Part shown: positions 13,481 to 26,268 of the stretch, in pieces
How the letters are laid out: the number at the start of each line of letters is the position of its first letter
Position numbering within the stretch: the stretch's first letter is position 1
Assembly: GCF_030684315.1 (NCBI RefSeq)
Contig: NC_081387.1
Coordinates: forward strand, 25,476,647-25,540,646
From: Stegostoma tigrinum
Lineage: Eukaryota
Length of the DNA stretch: 64,000 nucleotides
Reading direction: 5' to 3'
Position numbers and translations under genes: made by a program
Notes under the pieces: model-generated
Databases searched by the model: none
What the model was told of the DNA's origin: nothing
The model's input: the letters and a program-made list of their open reading frames with translations, nothing else

Positions 13481-16167
13481 CAATCCCTAGAAAATAAGTT
13501 AAATTGTTACCTACTCAGCATATCCTGATTACTCTGTTCCCTCATTCATGCTCTGTCTAAACCAATAACTTGCAGTGCCTGCTGATCCTTCACCCTGAGC
13601 ATTTTCCCTTGGCAGTACCCCCACTCAGAGGCAGGACATGGAAGGCCAATGTCAACTCCACCTTGGCTAGAGCAAGAATTGAACCCACTGCTGTTCTTGT
13701 GAACATCTCTGTGAGCTAATCAGCCCTGCCGGCTTGGATATAACCATATTTCCCTTTTCTTGTTGGATAGCGCAGCTGTAACCCTGCTCCCTTCCCCTCC
13801 CTGGCGTGCCCTCAGCAAGATAGGAGTGGTGATACAGAATTCGTCTTCCTGCTCTCCCCCAAGCACAGTTCGGCCCCGAACCCCACCCTCTCCTTCGTTC
13901 TCACTGTTTACACCCTCCACGGCCTCTGTCTGCCTTCAGGTGACAGCAGCAAGGCAGAAATATTGCTATGGTTACCATAACAACCTCAAGCTGAATAAGT
14001 CAAACTGAAAACCAAACCAAACAGACCAGAAACGGAGAGGCATTGTACAAAGAAAATCGTTAGCTTCAGTGTATTGTCTGTGTATTATCCCCCTCCTTCC
14101 CTCCTCTCCGCATTCTCCAACCCTTCCTGCTGTTGCTATGACAACCTTGGACTGTTCACCCTGGGGTGGGGACTTGGGGAGGGAGCCCTGGGACAGGTGT
14201 ACATTCCAGAGTGGAAGTACCAGCCAATACAACACAGTAAATGTATGTGCCTTGCCTTAAAACCCGCAGGAAAACATGAGTTTCATTCTAATGAGGTAAA
14301 GCTGGCCCCTCTCCGAACAAACAGTGTGGCAGAAGCTTGCCATTCAGCCCATTGTGCTAATGCCAGCTCTCTGGATGGCCCTTCGTGCTTAGCCCCATGC
14401 TGCTCCTTGCTGAGTGCTGAGTGCCTCAGGAACTTGCCTGACTCCTCATAAAACTGACCTTCTGAAAGGAGAGACACATTATTGAGGTACTTTATTTCAC
14501 CCTCATCAGGTTAGAATGCAAGAGTGCCAAATTTCACAACAATTTATCATGCATGAAAATGGATTGGTCCACAGCTTGATTATGATTGGCTGAGGCAAGA
14601 GTGATGAACAAATATGAACTCCTCTAGTTCCCGTGTAATTCACAGAAACCTGTGAGGTTTAATGAGTCCCTTTTCATTTGCAGAGATGGGTTCCTTTTTA
14701 TGAACGTGTGTCACTTTGAGCAGGCATCAATGAGTTCAGCTGATGGTTGTAACATTGGCTTCCACTGATCTTCCCCTTCCTCAGGGCTGCACAAGAAAGA
14801 GGCCCATGTTTAAATTATTTACAAAAGCAAATTCTATCTCTGTTTTCAAAGAGATGATTTTGATATGGACAGCTCTGAGTGAGAAAACTTCTCGCTGTCT
14901 CCCCCTCAAATTGTTGCCATCGATGTTAATGATAATTTTTCCGCTCCTAATTGATTCATTCATGCAGACACTGTCTGCAGAAACACAGATCTGTTTCACT
15001 GTGAAAGGAGACCATTCAGCCCATTGTGTCTGGCTTTCTGATATCCTTCTACACCAAGGCGTGCCAGAGCTTGTGATTTCAGTAGTTTGCTTTGTCAGTT
15101 CCAGGCTGCCATGCCATGCATTGCGGAGGAAATCTGTACAGTCAGAGGACCTGTCTTCTACGCGAAACCTGAGGTCTCTTTGTCCTCTCAACTGGGTTCA
15201 AAAGATCTCACAGCCGCTACTTGGAGAGAAAAGGGAAGGTCTCTGTCTAGAACCAATACTCATCCCCTCACCAACACGCTGAATATTTCAGAATGGTCAG
15301 GAACATTCAGGATGTTTCTCCTGCATACATTCCTGATTTCTGATTTTTCATGAGATTAGCTGTGCTAGATTTAATTGAGGAAATGCTGCAAGAGATGAAA
15401 CGAGTCAAGTCACGTAGCATCCGCGGTTTTCCTCTGAGCAGAAGAAGTTACAAAGACATTTGATTGGGGTGTTCAAAATCAGGAGAAATTTCAACGGGGT
15501 CAGTTACTGGACCTAATGTAGATACATTGGAGAGAAAGATTGCTAGAGCAGGAATGAGAAACTTTAGCGATGTGGAAGGACTGAAGAAATTGGGACTGTT
15601 CTCCTTGGAAAGAAGAAAGACGAGAGGAGATTGGATTGAGGTTTATAAAACTGTGAGCGGGGGCTGGGTTGAATAGAAATGAAGCTGTACCTGCTCCTAA
15701 AATGCACAAGAACAAGACGGCATAGATTTGATATCATCAGAAAATGAAGCAGGTGTGAACAGAGGAAAAGCCTTTTAACACAGTGAATAGTTAGGGTCAG
15801 GAATTCACTGCCTGATAATTAGGTGGAGGCAGGTTTGATTGAGGCATTCAAGAGAAGCATTTGATATTGTGCAGGGAAGGTGGAGAAAGCAGGAGATTGG
15901 CATGAGGTAGCAACGATAATTTATATTCAGCTATGATGGGCTGAATGGCCTAATTCTGTACTTAACATTTCTGTGATTCTATGAATAGGTGATTGGAAAG
16001 GCCACATGAACAGACAGGACTCAGGCAGTGAGTTGCTATCATGTCCAAAAGAAGAAGTCTTCAGCAGTGGATTGAAATTTTGAGACAGAAGATGAAAGTC
16101 AGTGATAATAAAATGTGAGGCTGGATGAACACAGCAGGCCAAGCAGCATCTCAGGAGCACAAAAGCT

Positions 16168-16195
16168 GACGTTTCGGGCCTAGACCCTTCATCAG
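16168..16195 (-). ncRNA. Minimal hammerhead ribozyme motif (Penelope-associated)
   Basis: Minus strand reads CTGATGA-agggtctaggccc-GAAAC-GTC: core boxes, stem II and GUC cleavage triplet. Confidence 0.75.
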
Positions 16196-16419
16196 AGAGG
16201 GGGATGGGGGGAGGGAACTGGAATAAATAGGGAGAGAGGGGGAGGCGGACCGAAGATGGAGAGTAAAGAAGATAGGTGGAGAGAGTGTAGGTGGGGAGGT
16301 AGGGAGGGGACAGGTCAGCCCAGGGAAGACGGACAGGTCAAGGAGGTGGGATGAGGCCAGCAGGTAGCTGGGGGTGCGGCTTGGGGTGGGAGGAAGGGAT
16401 GGGTGAGAGGAAGAACCGG

Positions 16420-18396
16420 TTAGGGAGGCAGAGACAGGTTGGACTGGTTTTGGGATGCAGTGGGTGGGGGGGAAGATCTGGGCTGGTTGTGTGGTGCAGT
16501 GGGGGGAGGGGATGAACTGGGCTGGTTTGGGGATGCGGTGGGGGAAGGGGAGATTTTGAAACTGGTGAAGTCCACATTGATACCATATGGCTGCAGGGTT
16601 CCCAGGCGGAAAATGAGTTGCTGTTCCTGCAACCTTCGGGTGGCATCATTGTGGCAGTGCAGGAGGCCCATGATGGACATGTCATCAAGAGAATGGGAGG
16701 GGGAGTGGAAATGGTTTGCGACTGGGAGGTGCAGTTGTTTTTTGCGAACTGAGCGGAGGTGTTCTGCAAAGCGGTCCCCAAGCCTCCGCTTGGTTTCCCC
16801 AATGTAGAGGAAGCCGCACCGGGTACAGTGGATGCAGTATACCACATTGGCAGATGTGCAGGTGAACCTCTGCTTGATGTGGAATGTCATCTTGGGGCCT
16901 GGGATGGGGGTGAGGGAGGAGGTGTGGGGACAAGTGTAGCATTTCCTGCGGTTGCAGGGGAAGGTGCCGGGTGTGGTGGGGTTGGAGGGCAGTGTGGAGC
17001 GAACAAGGGAGTCACGGAGAGAGTGGTCTCTCCGGAAAGCAGACAGGGGAGGGGATGGAAAAATGTCTTGGGTGGTGGGGTCGGATTGTAAATGGCGGAA
17101 GTGTCGGAGGATAATGCGTTGTATCCGGAGGTTGGTAGGGTGGTGTGTGAGAACGAGGGGGATCCTCTTGGAGCGGTTGTGGCGGGGGCGGGGTGTGAGG
17201 GATGTGTCGCGGGAAATGTGGGAGACGCGGTCAAGGGCGTTCTCGATCACCGTGGGGGGAAAGTTGCGGTCCTTAAAGAACTTGGACATCTGGGATGTGC
17301 GGGAGTGGAATGTCTTATCGTGGGAGCAGATGCGGCGGAGGCGGAGGAATTGGGAATAGGGGATGGAATTTTTGCAGGAGGGTGGGTGGGAGGAGGTGTA
17401 TTCTAGGTAGCTGTGGGAGTCGGTGGGCTTGAAATGGACATCAGTTACAAGCTGGTTGCCTGAGATGGAGACTGAGAGGTCCAGGAAGGTGAGGGATGTG
17501 CTGGAGATGGCCCAGGTGAACTGAAGGTTGGGGTGGAAGGTGTTGGTGAAGTGGATGAACTGTTTGAGCTCCTCTGGGGAGCAAGAGGCGGCGCCGATAC
17601 AGTCATCAATGTACCGGAGGAAGAGGTGGGGTTTGGGGCCTGTGTAGGTGCGGAAGAGGGACTGTTCCACGTAACCTACAAAGAGGCAGGCATAGCTGGG
17701 GCCCATGCGGGTGCCCATGGCCACCCCCTTAGTCTGTAGGAAGTGGGAGGAGTCAAAAGAGAAGTTGTTGAGTGTGAGGACGAGTTCAGCTAGGCGGATG
17801 AGAGTGTCGGTGGAGGGGGCCTGGTCGGGCCTGCGGGACAGGAAGAAGCGGAGGGCCTTGAGGCCATCTCCATGCGGAATGCAGGTGTACAGGGACTGGA
17901 CGTCCATGGTGAATATGAGGTGTTGGGGGCCAGGGAATTGGAAGTCCTGGAGGAGGTGGAGGGCGTGGGTGGTGTCACGGACGTAGGTGGGGAGTTCCTG
18001 GACCAAAGGGGAGAAAATGGAGTCCAGATAGGTGGAGATGAGTTCGGTGGGGCAGGAGCAGGCTGAGACGATGGGTCGACCAGGGCAGGCAGGTTTGTGG
18101 ATTTTGGGAAGGAGATAGAAACGGGCCGTGCGGGGTTGGGGAACAATGAGGTTGGAGGCTGTGGGTGGGAGGTCCCCTGAGGTGATGAGGTCGTGAATGG
18201 TGTTGGAGATGATGGTTTGGTGCTCGGGTGTGGGGTCATGATCGAGGAGGCGGTAGGAGGTGGTGTCGGAGAGTTGGCGTCTGGCCTCGGCGATGTAGAG
18301 GTCCGTGCGCCATACTACCACTGCGCCACCCTTGTCTGCGGGTTTGATGGTGAGGTTGGGGTTGGAGCGGAGGGAGCGGAGGGCTGCCCGTTCTGT
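16420..18396 (-). CDS. Penelope-like retroelement protein (reverse transcriptase + GIY-YIG endonuclease), 5'-truncated but uninterrupted
   Basis: Part of the 731-aa ORF: ADKGG, MDVQSLYT, GVAMGTRMGPSYA, RYIDD, Cys linker CNRRKCYTC, and VVYCIHCTRCGFLYIGET...R...EH. The ORF portion above ~18396 is chimeric read-through. Confidence 0.93.
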   Translation of the reverse strand, partial: TERAALRSLRSNPNLTIKPADKGGAVVVWRTDLYIAEARRQLSDTTSYRLLDHDPTPEHQTIISNTIHDLITSGDLPPTASNLIVPQPRTARFYLLPKIHKPACPGRPIVSACSCPTELISTYLDSIFSPLVQELPTYVRDTTHALHLLQDFQFPGPQHLIFTMDVQSLYTCIPHGDGLKALRFFLSRRPDQAPSTDTLIRLAELVLTLNNFSFDSSHFLQTKGVAMGTRMGPSYACLFVGYVEQSLFRTYTGPKPHLFLRYIDDCIGAASCSPEELKQFIHFTNTFHPNLQFTWAISSTSLTFLDLSVSISGNQLVTDVHFKPTDSHSYLEYTSSHPPSCKNSIPYSQFLRLRRICSHDKTFHSRTSQMSKFFKDRNFPPTVIENALDRVSHISRDTSLTPRPRHNRSKRIPLVLTHHPTNLRIQRIILRHFRHLQSDPTTQDIFPSPPLSAFRRDHSLRDSLVRSTLPSNPTTPGTFPCNRRKCYTCPHTSSLTPIPGPKMTFHIKQRFTCTSANVVYCIHCTRCGFLYIGETKRRLGDRFAEHLRSVRKKQLHLPVANHFHSPSHSLDDMSIMGLLHCHNDATRRLQEQQLIFRLGTLQPYGINVDFTSFKISPSPTASPNQPSSSPPPTAPHNQPRSSPPPTASQNQSNLSLPP

Positions 18397-19135
18397 GGTT
18401 TTACTCTGCAGAAACCAGATACTGAAAGCAATGTGGATTTCTCCATGAAGTGATGTAGAAAGTCCCTCCACATCCAAACGCCAATGTGGTATACTGCATC
18501 CACTGTACCCGGTGTGGCTTCCTCTACATTGGGGAAACCAAGCGGAGGCTTGGAGACCGCTTTGCAGAACACCTCCGCTCAGTTCGCAACAAACAACTGC
18601 ACCTCCCAGTCGCAAACCATTTTAACTCCCCCTCCCATTCTTTAGATGACATGTCCATTATGGCCCTCCTGCAGTGCCACAATGATGCCACCCGAAGGTT
18701 GCAGGAACAGCAACTCATATTCCACCTGGGAACCCTGCAGCCTAATGGTATCAATGTGGACTTCACCAGTTTCAAAATCTCCCCTTCCCCCACCGCATCC
18801 CCAAACCAGCCCAGTTCATCCCCTCCCCCCACTGCACCACACAACCAGCCCAGCTCTTCCCCTCCACCCACTGCATCCCAAAACCAGTCCAACCTGTCTC
18901 TGCCTCCGTAACCGGTTCTTCCTCTCACCCATCCCTTCCTCCCATCCCAAGCCGCACCCCCATCTACCTACTAACCTCATCCCACCTCCTTGACCTGTCC
19001 GTCTTCCCTGGACTGACCTATCCCCTCCCTACCTCCCCACCTATACTCTCTCCACCTATCTTCTTTTCTCTCCATCTTCGGTCCGCCTCCCCCTCTCTCC
19101 CTATTTATTCCAGAACCCTCACCCCATCCCCCTCT

Positions 19136-19163
19136 CTGATGAAGGGTCTAGGCCCGAAACGTC
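19136..19163 (+). ncRNA. Minimal hammerhead ribozyme motif (Penelope-associated)
   Basis: CTGATGAagggtctaggcccGAAACGTC. Confidence 0.75.
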
Positions 19164-20895
19164 AGCTTTTGTGCTCCTGAGATGCTGCTTGGCCTGCTGT
19201 GTTCATCCAGCCTCACATTTTATCATCTTGGATTCTCCAGCATCTGCAGTTTCCATTATCTCTGCTCCTTGTTTCCCAATTGACTTGGGAATAGTGCCCC
19301 GATGATGTAGGTGTTTATTTGAGAAAGTGTTTGCACAAGAATTACTTGGAGGTGTTTCCTGTCCAGTGTTGAAGAGTTTGGTCCCTATAACCAGAAAGAA
19401 TCAAAATCTGCTTTTGATACTGTCAGATCTGAATGAATATTTTCAATCTGTCCACAAACAAAGAAATAAACTTGAGGGGTTTCCATTCTCACAGCACCTT
19501 TCATGACCTGGCAGTGTGTTTCCTGCAAGTGAAGTACTTTCCTGGAGCATGGTCGCTGTTGTGATGTGAGAATTCTAGGAGCATACGTACCACAGAAGCA
19601 GGCCATTCGGCCCAACCAAGCCATTTGGACTAACCAGGCTATTCAGCCTAACCGGGCCTTTCAGCCCAATCAGGCCATTCTGCGTAAACAGCCTATAACC
19701 AGCCTATGCTGGTGATTATGCTAATCCCCATGCCCATCCTCAGTATGGGTCATAGCGTAGTTCTTAAGTAACATCAAGTACTTCCACTTTTGAAAGATGT
19801 CAGATTGACAGGGATTCTGGGCTTTATTCTAACTGATGGCACAACAACACTAAATGCACTGTAACACTGACTTATGACAGTGTGACTGCTGAAGATAAGA
19901 TCCTTTTCACTACAATGTCATATGTCACCCCAGTGTCTGTATGTTGCAACTCTCTGGGTTCTAAGAAAAAAGAGGGTGATGACTGATTATGGTTTAATCT
20001 GACAGTCACCAGACTACAGGTGATGGGGAGGTTGAGAAGGACAGTCCTTCATGGTAACCTCTGTTGGTGCAGGAATTGAAAACTACATCACAAACCAGCT
20101 ATCCAGCTCACTGAACTAACCAACCCACACTGCGAACTGTATGCTCATACAGCAGTAACAATCCTTGAAATTTTCTCTACCCATCGCCAGTCTTTTTTGT
20201 TTAATGTGGTGACCAGAATGATACCTAAGGGAGTCTTTCCCTGCTCCTAACTGGTTTATTTCTGATATGGGCCTCGGCTAGGCCAGATTTTACTGTCCTT
20301 CGAATAAAAATAGTTTCAGAGTTAATAGCAGAAGTACTTTATAACTTCCCTTGATCTGAACTAATAGATATTTGAAAAAAGATGTAATTGTTTTCGAAGC
20401 CATTTGGAGAACATAAGAACTAGGAGCAGGAGTAGGCCATTCAATCTTCAAACTCAATCTGCCTTCTAACACTATTATGGCTGATCTCATCTCACCCTCA
20501 ACTCTACTTTTGTGCCCTGGACTGGACTACATGTGAGTCTAGGACCACAGCAATGCTTTTACTTCTTAGCATCTCCCAAAGGCATTTGGGGATGTGTATC
20601 TAATTTTCTGTTGAAGAGTCCTGACCCGAAACTTTCAGCTTTCCTGCTCCTCTGATGCTACCTGACCTGCTGTGTTCCTCCAACTCCACACTGTGTTATC
20701 TCTGACTGCAGCGTCGGCAGTTCTTATGATTTCTTTGTATCTAATGCTGGCCTTGTCAGTGACTCCCACATTCCATGAATGAACATTTAAAAATCTTCCA
20801 TCCTTAATTATCACATCCTTGATACCCTCACCACCAGAAGAGAGGGGGAGAGACAGAGAGAGACAGAGGAGGGAGAATAGTTTCAGATCATATAA

Positions 20896-20901
20896 TTTAT
20901 T
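20896..20901 (-). terminator. Candidate polyadenylation signal of the PTGES-like gene
   Basis: AATAAA on the minus strand about 540 nt after the stop, followed downstream by a pyrimidine-rich stretch. Confidence 0.55.
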
Positions 20902-21437
20902 AATAATCATTAAGGCAATCCAGGATTCTAACTTACACGTTTAACTTATATTAAATTAAAAATTAACATAAATACATAAATAAAACTCAAAATAGGGATA
21001 AAATATGACATAGCAACCTGGTGCATTAAAATGACAGACTGATATTGTAAATAACTGTACCATTAACTTATTATCATTTAATTTTTGTTGACTTCAATGA
21101 GGGGTGGATAAAACTGGATCAGATATTCCACAATACATGCAATCTAAATCTGCCCAGGTGCCACTGGTGGGGTAAGGGGTTGTTTTAAGCTGACATCAGT
21201 AAGGTGAGTAGAGTTGATGTGGGTCTAACACTGCACCCAATTATAAGCTTTGGTTAAATCATCAGAAAGGTGATTTGTCTGGTCCTTTGTCCAGGATCAC
21301 AGACTGAGCTCTGACCGGTCTGTTACTTCCTCAAGCCTCCAGTCCCAGAGATGTAGGCAGTTAAAGGGAATCCTGCAATGACCCAGTGGAATTGGATCAG
21401 ATTCATTCCTTCAAACAATGAGCAGTCCACCCTTCCT

Positions 21438-21687
21438 TCACCAGTAGGAGGCAACACTGATGAGAATCTTGAGGGCCATGGAGAAACATGGGATCTGCCC
21501 CACAGTGTAGGCCAGGGATCTGGTTGGGGCCTTCAGGGCGAACAGATAGGCCACGGTGTGAAGCAATCTGGCCAGGAAGAAAATCCTGAAGTGGATCCTT
21601 GCAATGGACGGACTGGGGTCCAGGAAACAGTACAGCACGCCCAGGAAGAAGAAGGGATAGATGCACTCCATATCGTTACGGTGAGCC
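21438..21687 (-). CDS. PTGES: Prostaglandin E synthase-like (MAPEG) exon 3
   Basis: Acceptor ttgcAG/ (plus-strand ct at 21688-21689); AHRNDMECIYPFFFLG...ARLLHTVAYL...PTRSLAYTVGQIPCFSMALKIL...W*, retaining the mPGES-1-type RNDME, HTVAY and RS..Y motifs. Confidence 0.93.
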
Positions 21688-22502
21688 CTGCAATGGTTAA
21701 AACAGAAACAACAGCTTAGTTGGAGGTGAGACACACCTGGCTATGGTGAATACATGGATGGAGACTGGTGGAGCTGCGTTTGGTGGTTGCTTGCGCCCAG
21801 GAAAGGGTGAGCCTATAGCATTCACTCCCACAAGAAGGAGGTGAGGTCAAAACATTGCAGGATTTCAACGGATAGGAAACAGAACTTGGGGCTATAGGGA
21901 TCAAAGGATATGGTGGGAGAGCAAGAGCAGGCTATTGAGATTAGTGATCAATAGCCTCCTCCTGTTCCTCTTTTCCATGTTTCGATGTGTTATTAACATG
22001 GGTGATGTCTGGGTGATGGGTTAAGGCCTTGGTAAAAGGAAATGCAAAGAAAGAAGGTTGTCATGGAGAGAGACAGAAAGAAAGAGAGAGAGAGACCAAG
22101 TGAGAGAGAGCAAGAGAGAGAGAGGGGCAGAGAGAAGGAGAGAGAGAACAAAAGAGAGAGGGAGGGCTTAATGAAAGTGAGAAGACCGTGTGAAAGCTGG
22201 AAGTTGTATTGTCTGCAGGAACACTGAGGGAGGTAAGCGATAGATCCCGAATGGCCAGGAAGGAAGTGTTTTGACTTTAACCAGCTCCTGGTCATTCAGA
22301 CCACTGGCAGCACAACACCCAAGCAGTGGCCACTTTGTCAAAAGGAGAAGGTAAGGGACTATCTGTGCTGCCCAGTACACAGTGACAGCTCCCTCCAGCC
22401 TGGGGAGACTAAGCAATCCCTCTGGCCAAATTGAAGGGAGCTGGAGGGACAGACTGGGTTCTGTGGTGCTCTGCAGCCCCCTCCCTGGTGTGAGATGCTT
22501 AC

Positions 22503-22585
22503 CTCCGACAACGCTCCACATCTGGGTCTGTTCGGCACAGCTTCAGGTCTCCATGCCTCAGAGCATCTTCTGGATTGGCGAAAGC
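22503..22585 (-). CDS. PTGES: Prostaglandin E synthase-like exon 2 (83 nt, not represented in the ORF track)
   Basis: ctcctAG/ ... /GTaag; encodes AFANPEDALRHGDLKLCRTDPDVERCR(R). Phases 0 and 2 join exons 1 and 3 in frame (117+83+250 = 450 nt, 149 aa plus stop). Confidence 0.93.
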
Positions 22586-23935
22586 CTAGGAGAGAATGGA
22601 CAGTTTGGTAAAACACAGTGTTAATTTCATCACAGCTAACAGTATGGGGAGGCCGAGACTTTCCCCTTATTTTCACTGTCACTGTCCTGCCATCCCTCTC
22701 CCTGTGTCTACCCTGACTCCTAAAGCACAGGCCGAGAGACCTGTTAGGCTAATACAGGTATCAATGCTCAGCTCCAACATAACAGGACCCCGTGAATCTG
22801 AGAGAGAAGGCACATGGCCGAAACCGGACCCAACTATAAGTGAAAAATAAAACATCTCCAGCTTAGCCAAGAGTATGGTCTATATCACAGTTAGGGGATA
22901 ATTTAAATCTGATTCCCTACTGTCTAGTACTTTTACCCCTGCCCCTCTGCTTTATCATGTAAAGCATACCAGTGTGTTTTTTTAATTCATTCAAAGGATG
23001 TGGTTGCCTCTGAGTGACAGAATGACCCCGCAGCACCAGGTAGAGAACTTTCTTTCTCTTCTTCCAAGACAAAGGGTCAGGCCCAGGAGAAATACAAACT
23101 TGTGGAATGTTATTCCACTCGGAGACCAATAGACCACTGCGGAAATGGTTCAGAGCATATCTCCTCCAGTTATACCACCCTCCTTTGTAATGGCTCTAAA
23201 TCTATTCCAGCACCGCATACGAACTCTCAGTCAACTTTGCACCTTCAACTGCCTCAGAGATGATCATCCTACACCATTGAGCAAACCACAATGTTGGGAG
23301 TGAGGAAAATTGACTGTAGTGAGCATTAAGAGGTTAATCAAACACAAACAATCACACACCTTCACTTGTATTAAGCCTGGATTGAACTGTATTCAATTCT
23401 GATCTCCCTGCTATAGGAAAAATGTTGTGAAACTTGAAAGGGTTCAGAAAAGATTTACAAAGATGTTGCTGGGATTGGGCGGTTTTGAGCTATAGGGAGA
23501 GGCTAAATAGGCTGCAACTATTTTCCTTGGAGCATTGAAGGCTGAGAGGTGACCTTATAGAGGTTTATGAAATCATGGTTTCATGAAATCATCCCAGGTT
23601 ACGTGAGTCCAAAACTAGAAGGCATAAGTTTATAGTGAGAGGAGAAAAAGTTAAAAGGGACTTAAGGGGAAACCTTTTCATGCAGAGTGTGGTGTTTATA
23701 TAGAATGAGCTGCCATGGTTGGAGGATAGTACAATTACAACACTTAAAAGGCACCTGGAAGGGTATATGAATAGAAAGAATTTAGAGGGATATGGGCCAT
23801 ATGCTGGCAAATAGGACTAAATTAATTTAGGTTATCTGGTCAGCATGGGCAAGCTAGACTAAATGTTTCTGTGCTGTACAATTCCATGACCCTAAGCCAA
23901 AGGAGGCTGAGCAAATCAATCGAAACAATTCCTAC

Positions 23936-24052
23936 CTTTTTACGTAGTCTGACTTGGCCTGTCAGCACCGCGAGAGCGAACATCTTAATAAGCAAGAGGA
24001 CGGCATAGAAGACAAAGGAACAGAAGACCTCATTTGTCAAATTCAGAATCAT
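23936..24052 (-). CDS. PTGES: Prostaglandin E synthase-like exon 1
   Basis: ATG at 24052 (ccaagATGa); MILNLTNEVFCSFVFYAVLLLIKMFALAVLTGQVRLRKK, then donor /GTagga. Confidence 0.92.
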
Positions 24053-24110
24053 CTTGGCTGATTTCTGCTCGTACACAGTTTGTTAAGGCACCGGGATACA
24101 GCTCAGCCTC

Positions 24111-24414
24111 TTATATGCTTTCTGTCAGCCACGGAGGATGTGACTGGACATTGAAGGGGGGAAGGAAGTGGTTTGTGAATCAGACACCTTGATCCAGCCT
24201 GCCAGGACTTGTACTGGAGTTACTCCACTGCGTTACATCGATTGCATCAGACCATGTGAGAATTTGAATGTTAATTCATGAGAAGGATTTTTCATGATTT
24301 CTGAACATCCTTTTGTGGGTCAGCAAACAACATAGGAATATTAGTTTAAGGGAAAGCTGCTATTTAGCAAATTGTGTGTAAAGTAGTCTGATGCAACCTT
24401 TTTTTGACTCAGCA
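24111..24414 (-). promoter_or_regulatory. Putative PTGES-like promoter: TATA-like box, C/EBP-ATF composite site, antioxidant response element
   Basis: ATATAA (minus) 24111-24116; TGATGCAAT (minus) 24241-24249; TGACTCAGCA 24405-24414. Confidence 0.5.
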
Positions 24415-26268
24415 GAGCTGAACTTTTATCCTAATACAATGCTGTACGTCACTCATAGGTTAAGAAAGCATAGAATGACCCAACACAGGAGAAGATCATT
24501 CAGCCCATCTTGCCCATACTAGAGCTTTTATCTATCTGTTCCTCTCATCCTACCCACTCCTCTTTCCCCAATTATTCCTTTTCTTTCCCCATTTTTTATT
24601 TTATAATTACCATTTAATCTGCTTTCACTCCCATGTCAGTGAATAATCCAGGTTGGAATAATTCCCTCGTACTTTCCTCCAGTTTGCACAGATATTTTGT
24701 AATCCTAATTATGTGGTTTAGATCCCATTGCCTCTCTCTCTCACTAAAATACACCCTTTCCTGCATTAAATTTCATCAGTTCATTTCAGTGATGTCAAAG
24801 TCCTGTCAAAGTCAGTTCAGGTCCACCACATTTATGAATTTTGTGGGACCTGAGAAACTTAAAAATAATACATCACAAGTTTTGACCAGAAAGTAGCCCT
24901 CTAGAGAATACTCTGGGCAGCGTCTGCTCTGAGTCTGCCAACATCCGTTCAGCACAATTCCGTTTTTTGTCCCACAATTCCAAAGCTGAATTAAAATTTT
25001 TGCACCTGTAGCTAATATTGTACCTTGAAAGCCTACAAGATCTGGCCTTCTAGCAAACCTGTCCTGATTGATGCAGAACAGGAAACAGCAGTCATGTTCA
25101 AGTTCTATTCAAACAAGCAGCAATTTAAGGTGCTGAGGAGCGTCCTCAGCGTTACTTTGCCAAATGACTTTTGAAAGCCTAGCTACAAAATGTGAGCAAC
25201 TCTGTCCTCGTTAAAACTCACTCGTCTTTCGAGTACTTGAGCAAGTTACTCAAACACAACTTGCCAATATTCTTTCATGAATATGAACTTACTTTTCTTT
25301 ATGAACCTGAATATCTTCAACAGCAACGAAATTTGCATCAAATTCTTGTCTTTCAAAGTGTCTCCATGTAAGTTACTTTAATGAACCTATGGGTTGCTTC
25401 CTCAGCTCTGACTGAAGCTCCACAAGTCCCTAAAAATATTAACATCTTTCAAAATCACAGGGTACATTACACCCAGAGCTAATTTGTTCTTGAATTTGAG
25501 GATGACCAATTCTCTTTGGATAGTATTTAATACCTCACATGAGCACTGCCTTCAAAAATGTGTCTCTATTTTCGCCCTTAAATGTGTATCTTTATAAAAT
25601 ATTATTGTGGGTTTTTAAAATAAAATTATTTACTGGGCTGCGACATCATAAGCAAGGTCAAAATGCGTTGCTCATCCTTAATCGCACCTTGAACCTCCCA
25701 GAAGAATAGATAAAACCAATTAAACTGCTAAATGTGATACACTGATCTGAATGGTCTTGTTGACTTCAGAAAGAGAAGCACTCCGACTCATTTTCCAGTA
25801 GGTAACACTTTTATACCTGGTGGATTCCTCAGGTAGTGAAGAGTCAATCACATTATTGTGGGTCTGCAGTCACGTGTAGGCCAGACCAGGTAAAGACAGC
25901 CAATTTCCTTCCCTAAAGGACATTAGTGAACCAATTTTTAAAACATATTCAATGATAGTTTCATGATCATAATTACTGAGACTCACTCTATACTTCCAGT
26001 TTTCATTGCTTTAATTGCAACATCTACTGGTAGTCATATTAGACAGAGAGGGCTGGTGGTGGTTTGACCTGAGGGTCATTGCACCTCAGGGAGGGGTGAC
26101 ATTGAAAAGGAGGGTGACACCTGGAACTGAACCTGCATTTTTGGCATCTCTGTCCATCGCAAGCCAGCTGTCCAGCAAACTGCACTAAGCAACCAACAAG
26201 GACACCTCCGTGCCATTTGAACTCATTCTGCTGGAATATTATCCTGGGCCTTATGGTTATACATCAAC

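Larger units (their letters stand above)
16104..19264. mobile_element. Penelope-like element with inverted 3' copy (inverted pseudo-LTR structure)
   Basis: 16104-16851 is the near-identical reverse complement of 18480-19225; ORF 18486-18911 (+) repeats the GIY-YIG C-terminus of the minus-strand ORF. Confidence 0.9.

Noticed and set aside
14743-15282. Overlapping 179-aa and 136-aa ORFs on opposite strands
   Set aside because: No recognisable domain, splice context or non-random composition.
18397-18615. N-terminal ~70 aa of the 731-aa ORF as the real Penelope start
   Set aside because: It reads through the spacer and the antisense strand of the inverted arm; recognisable homology only begins near TERAALRSL.
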